Shown: positions 21,505 to 32,332 of the stretch, one piece after another
How positions within the stretch are numbered: position 1 is the stretch's first letter
How the letters are laid out: every line of letters begins with the position of its first letter
Assembly (NCBI GenBank): GCA_041492755.1
Contig: JBGPXN010000003.1
Coordinates: forward strand, 3,800-67,799
Reading direction: 5' to 3'
Length of the DNA: 64,000 nt
Source: Candidatus Methylomirabilia bacterium
GTDB lineage: Bacteria; Methylomirabilota; Methylomirabilia; Rokubacteriales; CSP1-6
Made by a program: the position numbers and the translations under genes
The notes under the pieces: generated by a model
The model's input: the letters and a program-made list of their open reading frames with translations, nothing else
What the model was told of the DNA's origin: nothing
The model's database searches: none

Positions 21505-23961
21505 GTGTTTGAACGGTTCACCGAGCGCGCGCGAAGGGTCATCATTCTGGCGCGGGAAGAGGCGGGACGGTTCCGCCACGACTTCGTAGGCACGGAGCAC
21601 GTCCTCCTCGGCTTGATCCGCGACGGAGAGGGGATCGCCACCGCGGTGCTGCAGCGCTTGGGACTGCGGCTGGAGACGGTCAAAGCCGAAGTAGAGCGGG
21701 CGCTGGCCGGGTTCCCCAAGACGCTGACATTCGGTGAAGTTCCGTTCACCCCGCAAGCCAAGCGGGTGCTCGAATTGAGCATCGAAGAAGCGCGGCAGCT
21801 TGGCCACAACTACATCGGTACCGAGCATCTACTCCTCGGCCTCATGAAGGAAGGGCAGTCCATCGCCGCCAAGATCCTCGAATCTCTGGGCGCCCGTCTC
21901 GACGAAGTACGGCAGGAGACCCTCTCGTTGCTCGGCGACCAGTACTACCCGCGGCCAAAGAAGCGCTCGCAGACCCCCGTGTTGGACGAGTTCGCTCGCG
22001 ACCTCACCCAACTCGCGCGTGAGAACAAGCTCGATCCGGTGATTGGCCGGGAGCAAGAGATCGAGCGGGTCATCCAGATCCTGGCCCGCCGCACCAAGAA
22101 CAACCCCGTCTTGATCGGCGAGCCCGGGGTCGGCAAGACTGCCATCGTCGAAGGGCTGGCCCAGAAGATCGTCAGCCAGGATGTCCCTGACGTTCTCGTC
22201 AACAAGCGCCTCCTCCAGCTCGACCTGGGCGCCCTCGTGGCCGGGACCAAGTACCGCGGCCAGTTCGAGGAGCGTCTCAAGGCGGTCATGAAGGAGATCA
22301 AGCAGTCGGAGAACGTCGTCCTCTTCCTGGACGAGCTGCACACGCTGATCGGCGCCGGCGCCGCCGAAGGCGCCATCGACGCCTCCAACATGTTGAAGCC
22401 GGCCCTGTCCCGCGGCGAGATCCAGACGATCGGCGCCACCACGCTGGACGAGTACCGCAAGTACATCGAAAAGGACGGCGCCCTGGAGCGCCGGTTCCAG
22501 CCCGTGATCGTGAAGGCGCCGAGCGTGCCGGAGGCGATCGAGATCATCAAAGGGCTGCGGCACAAGTACGAGGCGCATCACCGGGTCAAGATCACCGAGC
22601 AAGCCATTATCGCCGCGGTGAATCTGGCGGATCGATACATCACCGATCGACAGCTTCCCGACAAGGCGATCGACGTCATCGACGAGGCATCGTCGAGAAC
22701 CCGTCTCATGGCGCTCATGCCCCCGCCGGAGATCAAGGAGCTGGATCGGGAGCTGGAGCGGGTCATCCGCGAGAAGGACATGTACCTGGAGGCCCAGGAA
22801 TTCGAGAAGGCCGCCTCCCTGCGCGAGAAGGAGAAGATCCTCCGTCACCGCGAGGAGGAGATGAAGCGCGAGTGGGACAAGAACAAGGGCAAGGGTGTGC
22901 AGTCGGTGGGCGAGGAGGACATCGAGTTCATCGTCTCCCGCTGGACCGGCATCCCGCTGTCGAAGCTCGAAGAGAAGGAGTCCGAGAAACTCGCTCGCAT
23001 GGAGGAGGCGCTGCACGGTCGCATCATCGGCCAGGACGATGCCGTGACCGCGGTGTCACGCGCCATCCGCCGTTCGCGCGCCGGCCTCAAGGACGCCAAG
23101 CGGCCGGTGGGCTCGTTCATCTTCCTCGGTCCCACCGGCGTCGGTAAGACGGAGTTGGCGCGGGCGCTCGCCGAGTACCTCTTCGGTGACGAGAACGCGC
23201 TGATCCGGGTGGACATGTCGGAGTACATGGAGAAGTTCTCGGTGTCACGCCTGCTCGGAGCGCCTCCGGGCTACGTCGGTTACGAAGAGGGTGGGTTCCT
23301 GACCGAGAAGGTCCGCCGGCGTCCATACTCGGTGGTGCTCTTCGACGAGATCGAGAAGGCACACCCCGACGTGTTCAACGTGCTGCTGCAAGTGCTCGAC
23401 GACGGCCGCCTGACCGACTCGCTCGGCCACGTCGTGGACTTCAAGAACACGATCCTGATCATGACCTCGAACCTCGGGACGAGCCTCATCGGCAAGACGT
23501 ACACGCCGGGCTTCGATCCCACCGGACGGAACTCCAGCGAGATCTCGTACGAGAAGATGAAGGAACGGGTCATGGAGGAGCTCAAGCGCTCCTTCCGGCC
23601 CGAGTTCATCAACCGTATCGACGACTCCATCGTGTTCCATCCGCTGTCGCGCGAGCACATCCACGCGATCATCCGGTTGATGATCATGCGTATCAACAAG
23701 CAGCTCGCGGAAAAGAGCATCGAGTTGGTCCTGACCCCCGCCGCCCAGGACGCGCTGGTCGCCAAGGGTTACGACCAGACGTATGGCGCCCGCCAGCTGC
23801 GGCGGACGATCCAGAAACACATCGAAGACCCGCTGGCCGAGGCGATCGTGCGCGGCCAGATCCCGGAGAGCCCGCGTCTCGAGGTGGACTTCGACGGGGA
23901 AGCCTTCAGGTTCCGCGACGCGCACGCGGCTGAGCCGCCGCTCGAGCTTGCGGAGCACTAG
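21505..23961 (+). CDS. clpC: ATP-dependent Clp protease ATP-binding subunit ClpC
   Basis: GTG start after a GGGGGAG RBS. It has two Clp_N repeats, AAA1 GEPGVGKT, a UVR-like linker ([21 protein letters not shown]) and AAA2 GPTGVGKTE. Confidence 0.92.
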   Translation: MFERFTERARRVIILAREEAGRFRHDFVGTEHVLLGLIRDGEGIATAVLQRLGLRLETVKAEVERALAGFPKTLTFGEVPFTPQAKRVLELSIEEARQLGHNYIGTEHLLLGLMKEGQSIAAKILESLGARLDEVRQETLSLLGDQYYPRPKKRSQTPVLDEFARDLTQLARENKLDPVIGREQEIERVIQILARRTKNNPVLIGEPGVGKTAIVEGLAQKIVSQDVPDVLVNKRLLQLDLGALVAGTKYRGQFEERLKAVMKEIKQSENVVLFLDELHTLIGAGAAEGAIDASNMLKPALSRGEIQTIGATTLDEYRKYIEKDGALERRFQPVIVKAPSVPEAIEIIKGLRHKYEAHHRVKITEQAIIAAVNLADRYITDRQLPDKAIDVIDEASSRTRLMALMPPPEIKELDRELERVIREKDMYLEAQEFEKAASLREKEKILRHREEEMKREWDKNKGKGVQSVGEEDIEFIVSRWTGIPLSKLEEKESEKLARMEEALHGRIIGQDDAVTAVSRAIRRSRAGLKDAKRPVGSFIFLGPTGVGKTELARALAEYLFGDENALIRVDMSEYMEKFSVSRLLGAPPGYVGYEEGGFLTEKVRRRPYSVVLFDEIEKAHPDVFNVLLQVLDDGRLTDSLGHVVDFKNTILIMTSNLGTSLIGKTYTPGFDPTGRNSSEISYEKMKERVMEELKRSFRPEFINRIDDSIVFHPLSREHIHAIIRLMIMRINKQLAEKSIELVLTPAAQDALVAKGYDQTYGARQLRRTIQKHIEDPLAEAIVRGQIPESPRLEVDFDGEAFRFRDAHAAEPPLELAEH

Positions 23962-23990
23962 GCACCTGTCCGCGCGAGTCTGAGCGACTG

Positions 23991-26252
23991 GTGACGCTCG
24001 CGGGGAGAGCGCTTCTCTCCGTTCTCTGTGCGCTCGTCGTCGTGCTCGGCCGCCTCGGTGGCGCCGACGGGCAGCCCCCATCTCCCCGGCCGATCACCAT
24101 CCGGGAGTTGACCGTCGAGGGCAACCGCCGGGTCCAGGAGGGGGTCATCCTCGGCCGCGTGCAGAGCAAAGTCGGCGGCCAGTTCAATCCCGGCCAGCTC
24201 AGCGACGATCTGCGCTCGATCTTCGGTCTCGGCTTCTTCGACGATGTCCAGATGCGGGTGGAGGACTTCGAAGGGGGCGTGCGCGTCACCTTCGTGGTGA
24301 CGGAGCGCCCGTTCATCCGCGACATCGATTTCATCGGCAACAAGAAGATCGCCACCAGCGAGCTCCAGGAAAAAATCGAGCTCAAGCTCGGCAGCGTATA
24401 CAACCCGGTGGACGTCCAGAAGGCCCGTGAGAAGCTGAAAGAGCACTACGAGTCGGAAGGCTACTTCGAGGTGCAGATCACTCCCGAGGTCGAGCGGTTC
24501 GCCGACGGCGACGTCAAGCTGGTGTTCAGCATCAACGAGGGCCGCAAGATCACCATCGACCGCATCGTCATCCGCGGCAACCAGGGCCTCAGCGACAAGA
24601 AGATCAAGGACGCCATGGTCACGCAAGAGCGGGAGTTCTTCATCCTGCGCGGGACCGTGCAGCGCCAGAAGCTCGACGAGGACGTCGAGCGCATCCTCTC
24701 TTTCTACAACGACAACGGCTACATCCAGGCCCGCGTGGAGATCCAGGACCCCGTCATCGACCGCGAACGGGCGCGGGTGACGATCGTCGTGAACGCGGTG
24801 GAGGGGCCGCAGTACAAGGTGGACGATGTCCGGCTCACCGGCGTCACCCTGCTGCCCGAGAGCGAAGTGCGCCGGCAGCTTAAGCTCAAGCCGGGCGACG
24901 TCTTCTCCCGCTCGAAGCTGCGCGATACCGCCCGCTCCATCTCCGACCTCTACAGTACGATCGGCCGCGCGTCGGTGGACGTGAACCCCAAGACCGAGCA
25001 GAACGCCGCCGCCTCTACCGTGTCGATCGTGCTCGAGATCACGGAAGGCCCCGAAGTCTATGTCGAGCGGATCAACGTCACCGGTAACCTCCGGACGCAG
25101 GACAAGGTGCTGCGCCGCGAGATCCCGATGGTGGAGGGCGACCTCTTCACGTTGCAGAAGATGCAGCGCGCCCGCCAGCGCCTCATCAACCTTGGCTACT
25201 TCGAGTCGGTGAACGTCGCGACGCAGCCCGGCACCGACAAGACGAAGATCGTCGTCAACGTCGAAGTGACCGAGCGGCCGACCGGCATCTTCAGCATCGG
25301 CGGCGGCTTCTCCTCGGTGGACAATCTGGTCGGCACCATCGACCTCGTGCAGCGCAACTTCCTCGGTCGCGGCCTGGAGGCCTCCATCCGCATCCGGGCC
25401 GGCGCCACCAGTCAGCAGGGCATCATCAGCTTCACCCAGCCCTGGCTCTTCGACCGTCCGCTGTCCGCGGGATTCGACGTGTTCAACATCAAGCGGCAAT
25501 TCCCGGAGTACGACTTCGATTCCCTGGGCGGCTCCCTCCGCCTCAGCCATCCCTTCATGGAGTACTGGCGATGGCACACCTCGTACCGCCTGACCCGCGA
25601 TAAGATCTCGAACGTGACGGATGCCAGCGTGACCGCCCTGAGCAACGAAGTCGGGACGCGGGTGACGTCGGCGGTTTCCGGCGCCATCACCCGCGACAGC
25701 CGGGACAACGTCATCGCGCCGACCCGCGGGGGACAGACGTCGTTCAACGTCGACTTCGCCGGTCTGGGTGGCGACTCCAGGTTCGTGAAGACGATCGCTT
25801 CCACCACTTATTTTCAGCCGATCTGGCTCGGCCACGTCCTGTCCGGACGCCTGGAAGCCGGCTATGGCTTCGGGTGGGCGGACGAGCCGCTGCCGCTCTT
25901 CGAGCGCTTCTACCTGGGCGGTCCGAACAGCATCCGTGGCGTGAAGTTCCGACGCATTTCTCCGATGGACGACACCGGGCTGCGTATCGGGGGCACCACC
26001 GAGGTCCTCGGCAACGTCGAGTACATCATTCCGCTGCCGTTCAACCTCCGGGCCGCCGGCTTCTTCGACATCGGCAACGTGTACGGATTCAACACCAAGT
26101 TCGACCTCACCGATCTCCGGGAAGCTGCCGGTGTCGGTTTCCGGTGGGTCTCGCCGTTCGGTCCCATTCGCGTGGACTACGGCGTCAACCTCGATCGCCG
26201 CCGGGGCGAGGACTTCGGGGCGTTTCACTTCTCGGTCGGGTCGCCGTTCTAG
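23991..26252 (+). CDS. bamA: Outer membrane protein assembly factor BamA
   Basis: A signal peptide and POTRA repeats (RIVIRGNQGLSDKKI etc.) precede a C-terminal beta-barrel ending FHFSVGSPF. Confidence 0.93.
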   Translation: MTLAGRALLSVLCALVVVLGRLGGADGQPPSPRPITIRELTVEGNRRVQEGVILGRVQSKVGGQFNPGQLSDDLRSIFGLGFFDDVQMRVEDFEGGVRVTFVVTERPFIRDIDFIGNKKIATSELQEKIELKLGSVYNPVDVQKAREKLKEHYESEGYFEVQITPEVERFADGDVKLVFSINEGRKITIDRIVIRGNQGLSDKKIKDAMVTQEREFFILRGTVQRQKLDEDVERILSFYNDNGYIQARVEIQDPVIDRERARVTIVVNAVEGPQYKVDDVRLTGVTLLPESEVRRQLKLKPGDVFSRSKLRDTARSISDLYSTIGRASVDVNPKTEQNAAASTVSIVLEITEGPEVYVERINVTGNLRTQDKVLRREIPMVEGDLFTLQKMQRARQRLINLGYFESVNVATQPGTDKTKIVVNVEVTERPTGIFSIGGGFSSVDNLVGTIDLVQRNFLGRGLEASIRIRAGATSQQGIISFTQPWLFDRPLSAGFDVFNIKRQFPEYDFDSLGGSLRLSHPFMEYWRWHTSYRLTRDKISNVTDASVTALSNEVGTRVTSAVSGAITRDSRDNVIAPTRGGQTSFNVDFAGLGGDSRFVKTIASTTYFQPIWLGHVLSGRLEAGYGFGWADEPLPLFERFYLGGPNSIRGVKFRRISPMDDTGLRIGGTTEVLGNVEYIIPLPFNLRAAGFFDIGNVYGFNTKFDLTDLREAAGVGFRWVSPFGPIRVDYGVNLDRRRGEDFGAFHFSVGSPF

Positions 26253-26262
26253 GAGGGAAGGC

Positions 26263-26823
26263 ATGAAGAACGCAGGCTGCGTGCTCGCGATCCTCGGGGC
26301 CCTGCTCCTGGCCGGATCGAGCGCGCGGGCCCAGACGCCCGCGCCGAGCGCTGCCCAGAACGGCCGCATCGGCTTCATCGATCTCAGCCGCGTCCTCGCA
26401 CGCTCGGCGGCCGGCGTGGCCGCGCGCGAACAGCTCGAGCGCGAGAAGGGCAATATGCAGCGGGAGATGGACGCCAAGCGGGTGGAGCTCGACAAGCTCC
26501 GCGAAGAGCTGGAGAAGAAGGGCCCGCTGATGACGGGCGATTCGCGGCGGGACAAGGAAGAGCAGCTCGAGCGCAAGCGGCGTGATGCGACCCGGCTCGC
26601 GGACGACTATCAGCGCGAGCTGGCCCGCAAGGAGCAGCAGCTCGCCCAGAAAGTGCTCCACGACATCTCGGGGGTGGTGGAGAAGGTCGGCAAGCAGCGC
26701 GGGTTCTATCTCATCGTGGAGCGCCGCGGCGCCGGCGTGCTGTTCAGCTCCCCCGAGGCCGATCTGACCGACGAGATCATTCGGGCCTACGACCAGGAAA
26801 GCTCCGGCAAAGGAAAGAAGTAG
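26263..26823 (+). CDS. skp: Periplasmic chaperone Skp/OmpH
   Basis: The ATG at 26263 follows AGGAGGG (26251-26257). Signal peptide [23 protein letters not shown], then a coiled-coil-rich OmpH-like body. Confidence 0.85.
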   Translation: MKNAGCVLAILGALLLAGSSARAQTPAPSAAQNGRIGFIDLSRVLARSAAGVAAREQLEREKGNMQREMDAKRVELDKLREELEKKGPLMTGDSRRDKEEQLERKRRDATRLADDYQRELARKEQQLAQKVLHDISGVVEKVGKQRGFYLIVERRGAGVLFSSPEADLTDEIIRAYDQESSGKGKK

Positions 26824-26827
26824 CGGC

Positions 26828-27892
26828 ATGACGGGTCGCGTTCCGATCCGCCTCGGCAAGCTCGCCGAGGCGCTGGGCGCGGTGCTGGAGGGGGATCCCG
26901 AGCGCACCGTGTCGGGCGTGGCGCCGCTTCAGACCGCGGGCCCGGACGACGTCGCCTTCGTGAGCGACGTTCGTCAGCTGGAGGCTGCCCGCGTGTCGAG
27001 GGCCGGCGCGTTCCTCACGCCATCCGACGCCACCGGCCTGCCGGGCGCCGTGCTCCGGTGCGTCGCTCCGCGACTGACGCTCATCGACCTGCTCGGGCTG
27101 TTCCATCCGTCCGACGCCTTCGTGCCGGGAATCGATCCGTCGGCGGTGGTTTCACCCGAGGCCCTCGTCGATCCCACCGCGGCGGTGGGGGCCCTGGCCG
27201 TCGTCGGGGCCGGCGCCGTGATCGGCCCGCGGGTTCTGTTGCATCCGCTCGTCTACGTCGGGCCCGGCGCGCAGATCGGCGAGGAGTGCGTGTTGTATCC
27301 GCACGTCACCGTGCGCGATGGCGTGCGGCTCGGTCGTCGCGTCATCGTTCATCCGGGGGCGGTGCTGGGCGCGGACGGGTTCGGGTACCAGTTCGACGGC
27401 GCCGTGCATCGGAAGGTGCCGCAGGTGGGGGGCGTGATCGTCGAGGACGACGTCGAGATCGGCGCGAACACCACCATCGACCGCTCGACGCTGGGCGACA
27501 CTATCGTCCACCGCGGGACGAAGATCGACAACCTCGTCATGATTGCCCACAACGTCGAGATCGGCGAGGACGCGATCCTCGCCGCGCAAGTCGGCATCGC
27601 GGGCTCCTGCCACATCGGCCGTGGCGTCGTGCTCACCGGTCAGGTCGGCGTGGCCGATCACGTGACCATCGGGGCCGGCGCCATCGCGCTCGCCCAGACC
27701 GGGATCGCCTTCGACGTGCCGGCCGGAGAGAAGGTCATGGGCTATCCGGCGCGGCCGACCAACCTCGGCTGGCGGATCGTCGTCGCCGAAAAGCAGCTGC
27801 CCGATCTCGTTCGGCGCGTGCGCCGGCTCGAGCGCCGGATCGAAGAGCTGGAGTCCCGCCTCGGCGACACGGGGACGGCACCGCGTGGGTGA
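26828..27892 (+). CDS. lpxD: UDP-3-O-acylglucosamine N-acyltransferase
   Basis: An N-terminal uridine-binding domain is followed by a hexapeptide-repeat left-handed beta helix and a C-terminal helix. 354 aa, located after skp. Confidence 0.93.
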   Translation: MTGRVPIRLGKLAEALGAVLEGDPERTVSGVAPLQTAGPDDVAFVSDVRQLEAARVSRAGAFLTPSDATGLPGAVLRCVAPRLTLIDLLGLFHPSDAFVPGIDPSAVVSPEALVDPTAAVGALAVVGAGAVIGPRVLLHPLVYVGPGAQIGEECVLYPHVTVRDGVRLGRRVIVHPGAVLGADGFGYQFDGAVHRKVPQVGGVIVEDDVEIGANTTIDRSTLGDTIVHRGTKIDNLVMIAHNVEIGEDAILAAQVGIAGSCHIGRGVVLTGQVGVADHVTIGAGAIALAQTGIAFDVPAGEKVMGYPARPTNLGWRIVVAEKQLPDLVRRVRRLERRIEELESRLGDTGTAPRG

Positions 27893-28718
27893 CGGGATCC
27901 ATCCCAGCGCCGTCATCGATCCGCGGGCCGAGATCGGCGACGGCGTCGTGGTCGGCCCCTACTCGGTGGTGGGCCCGGAGGTGCGCCTGGAGGCCGGCGT
28001 CGAGCTCGGCAACCACATCACGCTCGAAGGGCGGGTCGTCGTCGGGCCGCAGGCGCGCATCGGGCACGGCAGCGTGCTGGGCGGACCGCCCCAGGACTTG
28101 AAGTACAAGATAGGGACAGCGTCCGGACTCCGCATCGGCGCCCGCACCGTGATCCGCGAGCACGTCACGATCCACCGCGCGACCCACGCCGATGGCTGGA
28201 CGGAGATCGGCGCCGACTGCCTGATCATGTCCACCAGCCACATCGCCCACGATTGCCGCGTCGGCGACGGCGCCATCATCATCAACTACGTCGGCATCAC
28301 CGGCCACTGTGAGATCGGCGAGCGCGCGACGATCGGCGGCTTCACCGGCGTCATTCCGTTCTGCCGCGTGGGCGCGTATGCCTACGTCGGCGGCTACTCG
28401 AAGATCACGCAGGACGTGCCGCCCTACATGCTCGCCGACGGCTCCCCGGCGCTCGCGCACGGCGTCAACGTCATCGGTCTGCGGCGCGCGGGGATGCCGC
28501 CCGCCGATCGCCGGTTGCTCCAGGACGCCTACCGCATTCTCTACCGCGGTGGCCTCAGCCCGCGCGGCGCGATCGAGCGCATCCGGGCCGACATGCCGGG
28601 GGCGCCGGTGCTGGCGGCGCTGCTCGCGTTCATCGAGACCTCACGCCGGGGGATCTGCGGTTCGGCCGGCGACGTCGAAGGTGAGACGTCGCAATTCGAC
28701 CACGAGCAGGTGACGTGA
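27885..28718 (+). CDS. lpxA: Acyl-ACP--UDP-N-acetylglucosamine O-acyltransferase
   Basis: IHPSAVIDP start, hexapeptide repeats and a C-terminal helical domain ([23 protein letters not shown]). Confidence 0.93.
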   Translation: MGDGIHPSAVIDPRAEIGDGVVVGPYSVVGPEVRLEAGVELGNHITLEGRVVVGPQARIGHGSVLGGPPQDLKYKIGTASGLRIGARTVIREHVTIHRATHADGWTEIGADCLIMSTSHIAHDCRVGDGAIIINYVGITGHCEIGERATIGGFTGVIPFCRVGAYAYVGGYSKITQDVPPYMLADGSPALAHGVNVIGLRRAGMPPADRRLLQDAYRILYRGGLSPRGAIERIRADMPGAPVLAALLAFIETSRRGICGSAGDVEGETSQFDHEQVT

Positions 28719-29740
28719 TGGCGGACCGGCGCGTGCGGGCAGGGGTGGTCGGCGTCGGTCACATGGGGGGGTATCACGTCCTCGTCTACAAGGGGCTCTG
28801 GGACGTCGACCTCGTCGGCGTGGTGGACATCGACGCGGACCGCGCGCGCGAAGTCGCCGCGCACTACGACACGCGCGTGTTCGAGGACCACCGCGACCTC
28901 ATCGGCCGCGTCGACGTCGCGAGCATCGCCGTTCCCACCGAGCAGCACTTCCACGTGGCGCGCGACCTGCTCGAGGCCGGCGTGAGCGTGCTGGTGGAGA
29001 AGCCGATGACGCCCACACTGGAGGAGGCCCGCGAGCTCTTCGCCATCGCCCGTCGTGCCAACGCCGTGCTGCACGTCGGCCACGTGGAGCGCTTCAACGG
29101 CGCCGTCCAGGAGCTCAAGCGGATCGTCGAGCGTCCGGTCCTGATCGAGTCGCGCCGGCTCGGGCCCTTCGTGCCGCGCGTGCAGAAGGACACGGTCGTG
29201 ATGGATCTCATGATCCACGACCTCGACATCGTGCTGGGGCTCGTCAACGCCCGCCCGCTGCGCCTGGCCGCGCAGGGGGTCACCGCCCAATCGGAGGTGG
29301 CCGACGTGGCGACCGTGCAGATCTGGTTCGAGTCGGGGACGATCGCGACCATCACCGCCAGCCGGGCCACCGAGGAGAAAATCCGCACACTCGCCATCAC
29401 GCAGCCGGACGCGTACATCCTGCTCGACTACTTCGACCAGGACATCCAGATCCACCGACGGGCCGCGCAGGAGTCGACGGTGAACCGCGAGTCCATCCGG
29501 TACCGGCAGGCCTCGTTCGTCGAGCACGTGGTGGTGCACAAGGACAACCCGCTCAAGCTCGAGATCCAGCACCTCATCCGGTCGGTGCAACGCCGGCAGG
29601 CCGGAGAAGCCGTGGAGCTTGCGGAAGCGGAGGATCTCCGATCGCTGGCGCTGGCGCTGCAGATCGAGCGGATGATCCGGGACGGCGTCTCGGCGGAAGC
29701 GCTGCCACCCGACGGGCTGTGGAGCGCACCCTCGGCCTGA
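28715..29740 (+). CDS. Gfo/Idh/MocA family NAD(P)-dependent oxidoreductase (GnnA-like candidate)
   Basis: Rossmann N-terminus GVVGVGHMGGYH and the EKP motif (VLVEKPM). It sits between lpxA and lpxI. Confidence 0.85.
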   Translation: MMADRRVRAGVVGVGHMGGYHVLVYKGLWDVDLVGVVDIDADRAREVAAHYDTRVFEDHRDLIGRVDVASIAVPTEQHFHVARDLLEAGVSVLVEKPMTPTLEEARELFAIARRANAVLHVGHVERFNGAVQELKRIVERPVLIESRRLGPFVPRVQKDTVVMDLMIHDLDIVLGLVNARPLRLAAQGVTAQSEVADVATVQIWFESGTIATITASRATEEKIRTLAITQPDAYILLDYFDQDIQIHRRAAQESTVNRESIRYRQASFVEHVVVHKDNPLKLEIQHLIRSVQRRQAGEAVELAEAEDLRSLALALQIERMIRDGVSAEALPPDGLWSAPSA

Positions 29741-30531
29741 TGTGTGGCGCCGGCGCGCTGCCAGCGCGCATGGCGGCCGAGGCGCGGCGCCAGGACTGGC
29801 GCGTGATCGCCTTCACCTTTGGCCCCGCCGTGGGCGTCGATGCTCACGCCGCCCGCGTCATCCCGAGTCGCTTCACCGACATCGGGTCCGTCCTGGCCGC
29901 GCTGCAGGCCGAGGGTGTTTCGGCGGCACTCTTCGCGGGCCGCTTTTCCATGTCCGACGTGCTTCGCGCCGACGCCAACACCGCCGACGCCGTCTCTCGC
30001 GGCGTCGACGCGCGCGCCGGCTCGCGTATCGACGCCAAGCTGGTTCAGGTGGTGATCGCCACGCTGGCGGGCTTGGGTGTCGAGGTGCTCGATCAGCGCG
30101 GCTTCGCGGGCGGCTGGCTCCCCGGGGCCGGCTGCTGGACGCGCCGCGCGCCGTCGGACGCCGAGTGGAGGGACGTCCGGCGGGGCCTCGAGATCGCTCG
30201 CGTCCTCGCCGACGCACGCATCGGTCAGACGGTCGTGGTGCGCCACGGCGCCGTCGCCGCGGTGGAAGCGGTCGAGGGGACGAGCGAGGCGATCCGCCGG
30301 GGCACCGCCCTCGCGGGCGCGGGTGCGGTGGTGGTCAAAGCGGTGGCCCGCGATCACGATTACCGCTTCGACATGCCGGCGATTGGTCCCGAGACCGTGG
30401 AGGTGGCCGCCGCGGGCGGCGCGATGGTGGTGGCGATGGAGGCCGACCGCGTCCTCCTCACGGAACCCGAGGCGACCATCCACGCCGCCGATGCGGCCGG
30501 GATCGCCCTCGTCGGCGTCGGCGCGCCGTGA
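29719..30531 (+). CDS. lpxI: UDP-2,3-diacylglucosamine diphosphatase LpxI (DUF1009)
   Basis: LGLMCGAGALP N-terminus and C-terminal RFDMPAIG, typical of LpxI. It lies directly upstream of lpxB. The start could be GTG 29719 or ATG 29740. Confidence 0.85.
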   Translation: MERTLGLMCGAGALPARMAAEARRQDWRVIAFTFGPAVGVDAHAARVIPSRFTDIGSVLAALQAEGVSAALFAGRFSMSDVLRADANTADAVSRGVDARAGSRIDAKLVQVVIATLAGLGVEVLDQRGFAGGWLPGAGCWTRRAPSDAEWRDVRRGLEIARVLADARIGQTVVVRHGAVAAVEAVEGTSEAIRRGTALAGAGAVVVKAVARDHDYRFDMPAIGPETVEVAAAGGAMVVAMEADRVLLTEPEATIHAADAAGIALVGVGAP

Positions 30532-31676
30532 CGACCTCGCGGCCGTCGCTCATGGTCGTAGCTGGCGAAGCGTCCGGCGATCACCACGGCGCCGCGCTCT
30601 GTCGCGCTCTCGCCGAGCAAGCCCCCGGCGCCCGGGTGTTCGGGATGGGCGGGCCGGCCATGGCCGCGGCGGGCGCGCAGCTGCTGGCCGACGTCAGCCG
30701 CCGCGCGGTGGTCGGGGCGAGTGAAGCGGTCGGCGGTGTTCCCGCGCTCTACCGGACGTATCGGCGACTCCGCGGCGAGCTCGAGCGGCAGCGGCCCGCC
30801 GCGCTCGTGGTCATCGATTTTCCCGAGTTTAATCTCCGTCTCGCTGCCGCCGCCCAGCGCATCGGCGTGCCCGTGATCTACTTCGTTCCGCCCCAGATCT
30901 GGGCCTGGCGGGGCTGGCGCATGCGGACAATACGCCGGCTCGTCTCGCTCGTCCTCGCGGTCTTCCCGTTCGAACCCGCCCTCTACCGCGCCGCCGGCGT
31001 CCGGGTGGAGTTCGTGGGCCACCCGCTGCTCGACACGCTGGCGAGCGCGCCGCCGCGCGCGGCGGCGCGGGCCGAGCTCGCGCTGCCGGCCGACGCGCTC
31101 GTGATCGGGCTGTTGCCGGGAAGCCGGCGCGCGGAAGTCTCCCGCATGGCGCCGCTGCTCGCCGCGACGGCGTGCCGCATCGCCAGCGTGTATCCCGGTG
31201 CCCGCTTCGTCGTCGGGCTGGCGCCGACCGTCGATGCCGGGCTGCTGACCGGGCACATCGGAACGACCGCCATGCAGGTCGTAGCCAACCGCGCATACAC
31301 GGTCATGCGAGCGGCGGACGTGTTGCTTGTCACCTCGGGCACGGCGACGCTCGAAGCCGCGCTCCTGGGAACACCGATGGTGGTCGGCTATCGCGTGTCG
31401 TTGGTGACGGAAGCGCTCGGACACTGGCTGCTTCGTGTCCCGTGGATCAGCCTGGCCAACATCATCCTCGGTCGCGGCGCCGTTCCCGAGTTCTTCGAGC
31501 GCTCCAGCACGACTGACGACCGCCTGGCCGACGCGGTCCTCGCGCTCCTGCGCGACGCGCCGGCGCGCGAGGCCCAGCGTGCCGCGTTCCGCGAGGTCGC
31601 CGCACTGCTTGGCGAGCCCGGCGTGGGGGCCCGGGCAGCCCGGCTGGTGCTCGCCGCCGCGGGGAACGCCGCATGA
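30528..31676 (+). CDS. lpxB: Lipid-A-disaccharide synthase
   Basis: The GTG at 30528 overlaps the lpxI stop. GT19 N-terminus LMVVAGEASGDHHGA. The track start at 29742 is an artefactual extension. Confidence 0.9.
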   Translation: MTTSRPSLMVVAGEASGDHHGAALCRALAEQAPGARVFGMGGPAMAAAGAQLLADVSRRAVVGASEAVGGVPALYRTYRRLRGELERQRPAALVVIDFPEFNLRLAAAAQRIGVPVIYFVPPQIWAWRGWRMRTIRRLVSLVLAVFPFEPALYRAAGVRVEFVGHPLLDTLASAPPRAAARAELALPADALVIGLLPGSRRAEVSRMAPLLAATACRIASVYPGARFVVGLAPTVDAGLLTGHIGTTAMQVVANRAYTVMRAADVLLVTSGTATLEAALLGTPMVVGYRVSLVTEALGHWLLRVPWISLANIILGRGAVPEFFERSSTTDDRLADAVLALLRDAPAREAQRAAFREVAALLGEPGVGARAARLVLAAAGNAA

Positions 31677-32332
31677 ACGCGCTGGTGCCGCACGTGGCCG
31701 CGGGGCTCGTGCGTCTGCTCGGACCGACGTTGCGATTGCGGATGAGCGGACTGGAGCCGTTGCTGCCACTGTGGGCGGGACGCCGCCCGCTGATCTACGC
31801 CGTGTGGCACGGACGCATCCTCATGCTGCCCTGGCTCAACGGCCGGCTACGACGGTCGCACGGAGTCCGGGCGCCCCGTGTCCTGGCCAGCCGTTCGAGG
31901 GACGGCGAGATGGTGGCGCGCTTTTCGGCGGCGTTCGGGCTCCAGGCCGTGCGCGGATCGTCGTCGCGCGGCGGCGCGCTCGCGCTGCGAGCGCTCGCGA
32001 AGGCGGTGCGGGCCGGTGAAGACGTCGCCCTCGTGCCCGACGGGCCGCGCGGGCCTGCCCACGAGCTGCAGCCAGGCGTCGTCACGCTGGCGACGATGAC
32101 GGCGGCGCCAGTAGTGCCGCTGGCGTTCGCGGCGTATCCCGCGCGCCGGTTCCGGAGCTGGGACCGCTTCCTGGTGCCGTTGCCCTTCGCCCGCTGCGCC
32201 GCCGTGTTCGGCGCCCCGCTGACGTTCGAGGCGGGGGCGGACCGCGAGCTCGCGCGGAAGACGCTGCAGACCGCGCTCGACGATGCGACGGCGGAGGCCG
32301 AGCGGCTGGTGGCACGGTCCAGCCGGCGATGA
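31673..32332 (+). CDS. DUF374 domain protein (lysophospholipid acyltransferase-like)
   Basis: YAVWHGRILMLPW, SRSRDGEMVA and VALVPDGPRGP motifs of the DUF374 family. ATGA overlaps on both sides (lpxB, waaA). Confidence 0.8.
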   Translation: MNALVPHVAAGLVRLLGPTLRLRMSGLEPLLPLWAGRRPLIYAVWHGRILMLPWLNGRLRRSHGVRAPRVLASRSRDGEMVARFSAAFGLQAVRGSSSRGGALALRALAKAVRAGEDVALVPDGPRGPAHELQPGVVTLATMTAAPVVPLAFAAYPARRFRSWDRFLVPLPFARCAAVFGAPLTFEAGADRELARKTLQTALDDATAEAERLVARSSRR

